DNA of 63,424 nt, the filler included, from Choristocarpus tenellus KU-1152 (taxonomy: Eukaryota > Protista > Phaeophyceae): assembly GCA_964200185.2 (NCBI GenBank). It is 12 parts of 12 records of this genome, joined end to end, with 100 filler letters (N's around TTAATTAATTAA, not from the genome) between each part and the next. Parts side by side here need not be neighbours in the genome. Positions count along the whole stretch, not along the records: positions 48,784 to 56,890 come from CAXNAD020005137.1; positions 56,991 to 60,733 come from CAXNAD020018191.1; positions 60,834 to 63,424 come from CAXNAD020026478.1; 9 more parts are not named here. The stretch is one strand, 5' to 3'. Of the stretch, positions 53,348-63,424 are shown piece after piece. The position numbers were made by a program, and so were the translations under genes. Under the pieces are notes generated by a model. That model did not search any database. It saw only the letters and a list, made by a program, of their open reading frames with translations, and was not told the origin of the DNA. Each line of letters begins with the position of its first letter. Position 1 is the stretch's first letter.

Positions 53348-53528
53348 GACCCAAAGTATCTGGGGGGGATGGGGGGTCTACACTATAGTGTCCATTGGGG
53401 CAAAACCAGGAAAAGTGCACTTTCATTATCCATCCGACGTATGGAACCAAATCATCCAAAAATCGCGACATGAAAAAAATGGCCCCAAATGGACAGCCAC
53501 CACCACCACCCCTCAGATACTTTGAGCC
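53348..53528 (-). mobile_element. MITE family A, complete copy
   Basis: GACCCAAAGTATCT...AGATACTTTGAGCC, flanked by TTA/TTA. Partial copies lie at contig ends 3277-3328, 13968-13984, 14085-14153, 21395-21440, 27338-27384, 48651-48683 and 48784-48865, with a diverged copy at 6243-6400. Confidence 0.85.
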
Positions 53529-56500
53529 TTAGTTTATCTAAGTGTGAAATTCTCGAGATGATGTATACAGCTCTGTTGACAAACCTTAAAGCAACCAAGG
53601 ATACAAGAGTGTGTTGTTCCGAAGGACTGTCAGGAGATAAATAGAATATATTCACCATACATTTTCTGAGGCACAGATACGAACACTGAACATAGAGCAC
53701 AGGTGACACTCCTACCTTGGTCTCTTGGATCCCACAGCTTCACCGCTGACGTTATCGTAGGTGGAATGTCTGATCAGGGAAACTTCTTGCCCCTATACGC
53801 CCATATGTACCTTGGGTGACACCCTCATGTTGTCCATTTCAAGTGGCAAGAAGTAGGTCGCAAAAGAAGTTTTTGTCAGGATGACTGCCCACACACCACT
53901 TTCCAAGGTACCTCATTGCACAGGGAACAGAGTGCCAACAGAGGGAAGAACAGTGCAAGACTGCTAACAAACGTTGGTTGTTGAGGGTACGGGGTGGAGA
54001 ACCAAGTCAAGCATCCTTCGACCCCCGCGTTTGCTTTACAAAATTTCGGCGAGCTACTGTCGAAGAGTGTTCCCTCAACCGTTCCTATTCTTCGCCTATT
54101 TATCTATCTCTCTTGTGCTGGATCCTGTGGAAAGCCGAATAAGGGTTGGTCCGCTAATCTGTTCAGTGCTACTCCTGGGCACATCATGCCCCCACCTACC
54201 GCAGACCCGTTGAATCTGGAGGATGTGGATCTTGACAACCTTAGACGGCACCTTCAACTTGGACATCACGATGAGTATAGGTGAATATGACTTGTCAAGA
54301 TGCACATGTTCCATGCCAACATATTTTACCTGACATGCAACCCACCACAAATGTGGGGCGCTGCACATGGCCTTCATCTATCTGAAGTACACGGTGATTG
54401 TTATCACAAATTAGTGCAGCATGTTTTTTCATGTGCAAGGACTCTTGTCCTCTGCTATGCAGCCCTCTGTTTCTCCACACATCTTTCTCACCCTCCACTT
54501 AAAACCCACACTTGACTTCCATCCAATCCGCAGGCCTGTGATGATGAGAATGTGGATGAGTTGGCACTGTGTATCATCAAGGAGAAGGAGGTGCAACACA
54601 AGACTGAGTTACCTTCGTGGGGCACCTTCTGCATCCTCAACAGTCCTCAGCATGTCAAAACTTACATTGAAGAGCAAGACAATTGCCAAGCTCAGGATGG
54701 TATAGGTCCTGGACAACAGGGCTTGACTCCATGCTCATACTAGGAAAGGAGACCTGTGGAACAAGAGCAGCGTTGTATGTGGTCATTGAAGAGAGCAAAC
54801 CCAGTACACAAAGCAGTTGCAGCTGGTGACGATGAGAAGTTTGACCTATTATGCATAAGTTGTTACCAAAGTCCCTAGGTAAACAATAAGTGTGAATGGA
54901 TAAGCATATATTAAGAGGAAGGGGAAATAGCTCCAACCTGTTCAGGAAGTGTATGGCCCAACCATTCAGTTTTCTTAAAATATACTATCAAACAGAGTGT
55001 GGAGCGAATGGAAATAACCACGTGGGGTCGCAGAATTGTGGGTTACAGGGCTGGCTGGATCTGCGGCTGGAGAAGGGAAAGGTGGTGACACCACTCCTAT
55101 GGATGTCAACAGCAATGACTGTTGAACTTGCAGTCAGGACATAAGATGTAGTTGGAGCTAAAATGTTTAGATGGTAAAAAACCCCGGTCCACTCTGCCCC
55201 ATGCCTACTGGATATACTCACACTTCTCGTGTGATGTATGCTAGTCATTATCGCATTGTTATGTATTGTTGGGTGACACACAGGTTCGGAGTAAGGGTTA
55301 GGGCTAGGATTAAATGGTCTGCTCTGGCTGATCTTTGATACTGCGGTATGTGCCTTGAAGGGGGTCTTCGTGGGTTGGTTACTAGTAGAACTGATGTTAT
55401 TAAGCAGGGGTTTTCATCATATCGTATTTTGCATTTCTTGCACATGTACTCCAGAGTAGGTAAAGCACTGTGAATAATATCCTACGTTTATAGCAGTGTT
55501 TGAAAGGACACTAGAATGTCAGGTTCTTTTTGATACCGGCGCTGCTTTTCATTCATTCCAGTTACTTTTCCATACTTCTACACTTTTTCTTCCAAGCAGA
55601 ACGGCAGTTGTGGACTCCACAGTTTGTTGAAGGCACTAAACAAGGAGGCGTTGATACATAACGAACGCACCTCTGTTGCATATTTTACATTCTTCCCTCC
55701 TTTCATACTACTTTAACCCTGTATCATATACTTACTTACCTGCGCCTTGTCGCCTCTCATCCTCTTTCACAGTCAACAAATGGATGCTGTACACATCCAC
55801 TCCTTGTAGAGACCCACCAACGATTTGTTATACTCCTACATCATCGACAGCAGTAATATTTTCTTTATACCTTTGAGTCGCAAGACAACATAAAGCACGC
55901 CTGCAGAGCTGCAGAATCTACTTCACAACATGACTGATGCATGAGTCGGCTGGATGGCAGACGGTTCCCAGCGTGGCTGCTTGGAGGGTTCAGATTTTGA
56001 TTTCAAAAACTTACAAACATTGGGAGGGCGATTTACTTGGGGATTGGGATCAAGTCTAACAGGCGAAAAACCCAATGAAGCATCACTCACTCTCGCAATC
56101 TCCTCAAAAGGAATATCAAGGAGAGGGTACTTGATCCTCAGGTGCTACATCTCAAGGTGGAAGTGCCGGGAGTTGCGGCAACTATGCTACAACTGGACAA
56201 TGTTTTCTGCGTGGAAGATGGTGTTCAACTGGATGATGGGCAGAACCTCACCAAGGTGCATCATGCTTAGCAATTTAGTGCGTGGATAGTGCATGCACCA
56301 GAGGGAGAGAACCATATACTTCTTACATCTATAACCGCAACTTAGGGACAAATGGTGGTGATGTCACAGACTGGTCAGAAATGGAGTCTGGCCACTTTGA
56401 CCTGCTAGAGTCGAAGTAAATTCTTGAGGTATTACCATGGATGGCGAAGTTTTCCTATAATGATGGTGGAATCTTGTCGCACATCTTGGCGTTACACAAA

Positions 56501-56632
56501 ACAAATGCGCGCGCGCGCGTGCTGTCTGTATGTCAGTGCCTTCAATGTTATGTGCACAATGGTTTTTGTCATGTATCTCCAATGTTTGTGGCAATATATG
56601 TCTGGGTGTAGCACGTAGCACAACTGCTGCTA

Positions 56633-56703
56633 CTATTATTTTATTATTATGCCCTCTGACATTTTGCAGATGTGTCAGGAGGGAAACCAATGAAAACTAT
56701 ATA
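56633..56703 (-). mobile_element. Family C copy
   Basis: TTATTATTATGCCCTCTGACATTTTGCAGATGTGTCAGGAGGGAAACCAATGAAAACTAT. Confidence 0.85.
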
Positions 56704-57108
56704 TATGGGGAGGTTCTATACACACCCTTCTTTCTACAGGGGTTCCCTCAGAAGACCTGGCTGAAATTATTGGCCAAGACTGGGTAACTTGGGGGGGAAC
56801 AGCACCACCTGCACCTACCCCAGAGGTTCACATACTGGCAGCTCATGACACCAGGATCACAAGGAGGGCTCAACACGAGATCACACACCTNNNNNNNNNN
56901 NNNNNNNNNNNNNNNNNNNNNNNNNNNNNNNNNNTTAATTAATTAANNNNNNNNNNNNNNNNNNNNNNNNNNNNNNNNNNNNNNNNNNNNCCCCCCGGCT
57001 GAGATCCACCCTGCCTCCTCCTAAAACATCCGAAATGCACACAAACTGCTACACCACATCCACCACAACATAGTACTTCCATGATCTCCAACAAAAATCT
57101 GCACTCAC

Positions 57109-60100
57109 CCTCGTGAGTAGTGTCAACACTCCATCAACCACCTCCTCCCCCACACCATTGCCAGCAGCAGCAGCAGCAGCATCCCCGGCTGAATCTCTCT
57201 TGCTTCCCCCCCCCCTTCTATTTCCATTCCCTGCCCCCCCCCCAACTTGACTCCGCTTTCCTCCCCCACCTGCCAGGACCACTAGCCTTGACATGCATCC
57301 GTTGTCGTATAGCATCCTCAGGAGGAGAAATCGTGCCTGACAGACAACCGCATTAGGGGATGTGGAGAATTGATCACAAAGTAACTGCCTGGTTTGGTAG
57401 TAGTAGGTGAGTATCTTGTCTTATTAATACTAGAGCTCGATTTATTATGATCACTATTTCGGTAAGTGTAACCTTAGTAGTATTATCATTCCTAACATTA
57501 TTTTCAGTCATGTTGCGACTCCTAGTGATACCCTTAGAGTTGTGTCGGAGTTATCATGCTAATAATATTATTATTATTATTATTATGCCACCAACATACT
57601 ATGTTGCACATCAACACTTTACCCCTCAAGTTGTATCTATCCCATACGGACTTCAAAACCTCATCACCCTTTTACCCACCTCAAAATTAATACTACTACT
57701 CTTACAACATACATTTGAATCTTTCTTAGGTTAAGACCAAACCAAAAACAATGTTTTCAAGTATTTATTACCTTGTACATCTCACCAATATCATACACAT
57801 CTCACACATTTGCATACTACAGTCACAACAACACAGAACCTGTCCCATCCAGCAAAGCAACATCATTATCCCACCCTGATCACCTGCGACCCTTGAGAGG
57901 CCCGCCTGTGGGAATCATCATTGTACAGAGCCAAGTCCCTCTCTCCTGAAGGACCTGTCCCAAGCGTAGCTAGCACGGTTGTCAGCAGTGACAATGCCAA
58001 ACATTGTGTCACAACTGGACCTAGCCATAAACAAAGAGTCACACATAGAGGATGTAAGACCATCAAGGACTGGGTTGGATGGCTAGTGGTATTGTTGAGG
58101 CACTGTGAACCCCAAATCTACGACTACAGGGCAATATAGGTCAATTTCCTGTTATTGTACTTTGAGATACAAAAGAGCCTGGCAAGGGGCTGGCTCCATG
58201 TGATTGATATTGATCACCTTCTTCTTCGACATTGCATTTCTTGACTAAAAAGTGCGTGCATATTTCTTACCCCTCTTAAAAAAAGAAAAGAAAGTAGAAT
58301 AAGCAAACTGGCATCACAGCTCACACACCTGAACACACATCCCTCCCAAGAAGATGCGCCAACGCCTCCAAATGCTCCCTTAGCCTGTCCATATTATTGA
58401 GACGATGTGTACTTCGCTGAATCTCATGTGCCTGCAGGGTTTTCCATTATTGGAAGGCATCATCTTTTGTTATCATAATTCATATGTAAGGCGAAAAAAA
58501 CTTCCTATATAATAAGAAATCAATCTCTATTATAGAATGAAGCTCTAGAACAAAGATCCTTGGATAAGGGAGTGTATTGGGTTGAATGCCAGGGGTACCT
58601 ACAATATCTTGGAGTGCAGGGTCCAAATGAGTCAGTTTGCTTAACCCAGTCTATCCTCTCAGTAGGGTTCTTTTCATTACCCCAAAAAACTATATCCTCA
58701 AAATTGATTGGAGCATTGACTTTGACAAAGCAACCAGAGATAGCTTCCAAACTTAATGGGAAGTTCTGCTGATTGTTACAACGTTGTCCCTACATACACC
58801 AGTGATGATACACAAAAAACCCCCTATTTATAATACCCTTCACCTCCTTCATGACTGTACCACCATACTGTGCACTCCATCACCCCTCTATGGTATGCCC
58901 TGTACTGGAGAGACTTTCCACACAAAGCACCATGAAGTGCTCGTCATTTGATACTCCCACTCACAAACTTCTCAGTCAACTCCATGATTGAGTTAGATAG
59001 GCAGGCTGGGAGTAGTTTTGCTAGAAAAGTGATCAACCCACCTGAATTACATTCCCACCTGTTCTTATACTCCACCTTAGGAATGGTGACATTGTAAGAC
59101 CTTCTACAACTATACAGCTATACAACTAGCGCACCGAGCACGTATCATAGAACCTCATCAACACAAAAAAACGGTATACCATCACAATGCAGTAGAAAGA
59201 AAAAATAAAATATCAACCATTGCACTTCAGGAGAGGTACTCGCAGCAGACCACGTATAAGGATGTGTCAGAATGCAACTATTACTAGATGCTACAACTCT
59301 TAATACTACAAACAGAAACACTATTCAAAATTGAGACAAGGATGTCCTACACTTAGAAAAGTAACCTTTGCATACTCCAACAACTAGGCAATGTTAACAA
59401 TGCTATAAAGTGCCTCACATATTTCTCTGTTTTGGTCATAATATCAGAACTTTTCATTGGACTGGCAAGTTAAAATGGTCCAACCTGCAAACCAGACCAG
59501 CCTCCCTATTATTAAACATGTCCAGACAATGTCCATCAGGTATTGTACCAGACTGTGCCTGTTGGCCAGTCAGTCTAACTCCTTTCTGGCATGTCCAGAC
59601 CATGTCCACGACGAAAAATGTATTGTGTACATTTCAAAGATTAAATTTCACTCCATTATGTGGACACAGACACGCGGTAAATAGGGAGCCATGGCAATGA
59701 CATGGCCAGCCATAGACACACTGATCCAACATGGCTGAGTCCATGGCTGTCATTACTATACATGACTGGGGCTGGTGATCAGTCATGCACAACCAAGTTT
59801 GGACATGACTGAATCCTTGGTGATCAACCATTTCAATATGACCGGGCTATAGGCCAACCCTAACCCTAACCGATATGAACAACATTGGACATGCTAACTG
59901 CCGGTCCCAGTGAAAAGTCAAAGTCCTGACAAATGAAAGAAACGTAATACCATTATCATTCCGATAACTTACAACAATGTTTTAACCCTAACCCTTCGAC
60001 AACACACTATCCATATACTATCTCCAATATTCTATCTTATGCCTGATATAACTTTTAATATTCCAGTATTCAATTACACACCAAAGTCACGATAAACTCG

Positions 60101-60700
60101 TGATCACACACGCAAAGCAACAGTAGATCTCATCCTTAGTAGATCTCATCCTTCTCACATGTATATTCAGGGAGCATGCTTAGTTTTTGATACAATCTGT
60201 AAGGGCACTGTGTTTTTATAAAGACCTGCAGATATTTCAAATGTTTATTCTTCTAATCGTGTACATTGAAAATAAAAAATAAAGTAAAATAAAGTAAACA
60301 CACTAACAAGAGACAACGATCAAATATCTTTTGAAACACAGATACTTAAAAAAAAAAAACTGTTTGAGAATTCATAGATACAGATACAGATACAGATGAA
60401 ACAAATAAATCTCAAAAGGGTACAAGGATACACTCCTCCCCTCCCCCTCCCCCTCCAATCTACCTCGTTTCTTCACCCAAACCTCCCTCACATAAAATAA
60501 AACAAAACATTCAGCATCCCTTGACAACAAGATCACATCAAAACATACCTCAGAGGCCACGCCAGACATGTCTTCTCCATCCCCCCAGCTCCCGCCACCA
60601 TGAGATGTCCCTTGTGTGTGAACCAAAAGATGCAGAATGCACCCATACAGATAGGACTGGTACCCCTTGGAAGACGCCACTGCGCCCCACCCACCCCCTA
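57109..60700 (-). CDS. NUP205: Nucleoporin Nup205/Nup192, internal exons (~60549-60700, 58329-58431, 57884-58020, 57109-57336)
   Basis: In-frame spliced translation YQSYLYGCILHLLVHTQ...NNMDRLREHLEALAHLLGRDVCSG|PVVTQCLALSLLTTVL...LLRMLYDNGCMSRLV...VLTLLTR. It follows, from recall, the Nup205 pattern LYG.LL.YL...ALM.VV.RD.C.G....LAL.LL...L.N.G.L..LV...LTRVA. Confidence 0.75.
59445..59928. mobile_element. hAT-like non-autonomous element, same family as 24895-25692 (inverted)
   Basis: CAGAACTTTTCATTGG...GGACATGCTAACTGCCGGTCCCAGTGAAAAG..CCTG; shared subterminal ACATGTCC/GGCCATG motifs. Confidence 0.55.
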
Positions 60701-61255
60701 CTCAACCAACGCCAGCCCCCCCGCGAGAACGACNNNNNNNNNNNNNNNNNNNNNNNNNNNNNNNNNNNNNNNNNNNNTTAATTAATTAANNNNNNNNNNN
60801 NNNNNNNNNNNNNNNNNNNNNNNNNNNNNNNNNCTGATCACACTACAGCTTCGCTTGGGCACATACAATATGCAAATTGAATCCAACACCCTCTCACCCC
60901 CCTCCCCCCCCCCTCTGTCCAACCCATTTTCCTTGATTATTTCTCGTGTCTCTCAATCAACTCTTCATTTCCAACGTCATGTACTATGAAGTGTATCAAT
61001 TACATATTTAGGTTTCCCCCGAGCATAGACCACACAGCTCCCCCCTTGCCTTTCTTCCTGGGGCTGCTCAGTGTGTTGAGAAGCTTGGCGCATGTAAGGC
61101 TCGTCGCTGAAAGCTAGTAGTTGAGTTACATGGTAAAACATACACTGAATATTAATTATCCACTGGGCCTTTCTCTTAGCCATCAATTATCTCTGATATA
61201 TGACCGTAGAGCGAATAACGACATATATATATATATAATTATATATATATATATG

Positions 61256-61322
61256 TATAGTTTTCATTGATTGGTTTTCCCCCTGACACATCTGCAAATG
61301 TCAGAGGGCACAATAATATATA
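61256..61322 (+). mobile_element. Family C copy (further copies 62696-62745, 63306-63327, 63403-63424)
   Basis: Core sequence match; inserted in a TA-rich tract. Confidence 0.8.
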
Positions 61323-61535
61323 ATGTATGACCAAAGACTGACCTATCATACTGCTATGCACGTTACTACTTTGTATTGTACCAAACTAAAGATAAACGTA
61401 CATGAAACCTATGTTATACACTTGTTTCAGCACAGACAACGGAAGGATAACACTAGGTTATTCGACACAGTGGTGTATGTTTTCCTTGTTTTCTCGAAGC
61501 ACAGCCCGCACAGGTTTTTTTTACCCAAGCACATA

Positions 61536-61692
61536 CCTCCGCTGTTTCCTTTTCGTCTTACTGGAGCATAGTGTGTACGACCCAGTAGAAGGTTTCCCTC
61601 CTCTGTTTCTCTGTGCACGCCCTACTCTGTTGTCCAAGCACAAAAAAGCTCCTGGCAGAACCCCATCCTTCTCATAGATAGGAAGTCGTAGC
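61536..61692 (-). CDS. Possible exon of an unknown gene
   Basis: AATAG|G CTA CGA...CGG AG|GTATGT open frame LRLPIYEKDGVLPGAFLCLDNRVG...; no domain recognised. Confidence 0.25.
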
Positions 61693-63424
61693 CTATTTTG
61701 GTTAATTGCCAGTAAGACACAGTAGTACCTCACAAGGTATTATTCGCTGGACATTGTCGAAATGTGTTCGTCTGAGTACGTGTAATTCTCGAGACGGGCA
61801 TAATCCTCCTCACAAAACTTCAAAGAAAATAAAGAAAATAATGCTATGTGTCTACAATTCACATGTAAAAACACAACCAATTATGACGGTGTGTACATTC
61901 CCTATAATGATATGCCTCCACATGACGAATAAGATTGGGAGGTCGTGGTCACTTATTATCTGGTTACTCTTTGAAGATTTGGCCCTGTTGGACAGTTAAA
62001 TGACAGCAATCCATCAAGAACCTCCCTAGCTCAATGAGTCAAAACCGAGCGGCCTTCCATATATATGTTAGCAATACAATCTGATATTATGGTTGTTACG
62101 ATGTTTGGCACCTGTATCTGTCTACACTACTACGACTTCATCTCTCGACAATCTAGGATTTAGTTTTTTTTTTAGCGAGTACACACTGTCACCGTTGCTA
62201 GTAACGCCTCTAAAAATATGCACTTGAGATGATTACTAAGTGAGACCATGTATCACTCGATAAAATGGCGTTAAAGACTGCCAAATAATTTATTACCCAA
62301 AACAGGTTTTAACGCTTTCTAATTAAAAGTGTTCTAATGGCGTTGAGAGTAACAAGGAGTTTCATCTCACTACATACACCCAACATCATTCTCTTTCTAT
62401 AATAGGAGGAGGGGAAATGCCGAAGCAAAAATAGTTCCCACTACGAATGTCCATCCCCAAAATTTTGTTGACATGTCGGAGACTTATCATTTGTTATTAT
62501 TGAGGGAAAAAGTAAGGGTTCGCCAAATGCTATGTCATCGTACCTCAATTGGTGGTTGGGTGGTGAATTTATTACATGTTTTCCATTCTAATGTTTTGGA
62601 GATGTGTGAGAGGGAATAATGAGTAAATCAAGACTAAACCTACCTTATCAACCTTCAACAACTCGTCATAATCTCGTTGATCATATATATATATATATTA
62701 TTATGCCCTGACATTTTGCAGATAATATGTCAGGGGGAAACACTACATATTATATTATACAAACTCTCAATCTCGCACACTCAACCAATTCAATGTAGCT
62801 TTCTTTCGCTTCCGTGCAGGATGCAAATCACATATCATGTAGGGGTATTGGGATGCCTGATATGAGATTGTGAACAGTGAGATACCTAACTCCCAACGAT
62901 AATGTGGTAAATGGTAACACAAATAGTCTATGTATATAGTGCAGATAATGGAGGACATAATAATAAAAATCATAGTGTAATGTAAGAGACTTGTGATCGA
63001 AGCCTCAATCAACCATTGTGAAATTGCGGAACCACTTTACCGTCCGTACCATACCGTCCAAATTTCAAAATACCATGGAAACCCATGGGATTACCGTACG
63101 TGAAGATTTTTTTCCATTATTACCGTTGCCATACCATACGACAGACTTCAACACTATTTTACCTCATTATTCCAAATTACCACTACCATGCCACGTGGTA
63201 AATTTCATGGTAGACCCTGCTGCATCATACCGTGGCTTTCCAAAATTGCTTTCACTTTACGTTTAACTCAGATAGTACCCCTCAGTTACTAGTATGACCG
63301 GTAAATATTATGCCCTCTGACATTTTAACGGTGCAAGTACAACCAACCATTCACACAACTGTTTTTATACGATATGTTTAGGACATTTTATATACACATA
63401 CGTATATAGTTTTCATTGGTTTCC

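Noticed and set aside
55510-55560. VLFDTGAAF as a Gypsy-type aspartic protease
   Set aside because: Isolated motif with no gag/RT context recognisable; could be chance.

Overview
This is eukaryotic nuclear DNA made of 12 fragments joined by 11 identical 100-nt artificial linkers (N44-TTAATTAATTAA-N44), so adjacency across linkers cannot be trusted. Long GT-AG introns, TTAGGG-type telomeric motifs and the TE repertoire suggest a stramenopile, probably a brown alga (inference). I reconstructed partial spliced genes by hand from splice sites and frame continuity: an mTERF-repeat-like protein, a YrdC/Sua5 (YciO-like) protein, an MFSD6-like MFS transporter with an inverted pseudogenised duplicate, the first exon of an OSR1/SPAK/Fray-type STE20 kinase, a coiled-coil protein with a giant low-complexity exon, and nucleoporin Nup205. 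Decayed autonomous TEs are a Ty1/Copia element, a DD39D-like mariner and a CRE-like non-LTR RT. Non-autonomous repeats dominate. (C) At least 18 copies of a short retroposed sequence end in a stem-loop plus (TAA)n tail, with 8-13 bp TSDs and a dimer inside one TSD. (A, B) Two MITE families with different bodies share a 14-bp terminus with 3-4 bp TSDs (Sola2-like). There are also hAT-like elements and a Tourist-like MITE. CCCTAA telomeric units are scattered internally, including inside TE termini and in a higher-order satellite. No prokaryote-type system (CRISPR etc.) was found. The most novel-looking signals are the stem-loop retroposon family and the pervasive internal telomeric-repeat insertion.
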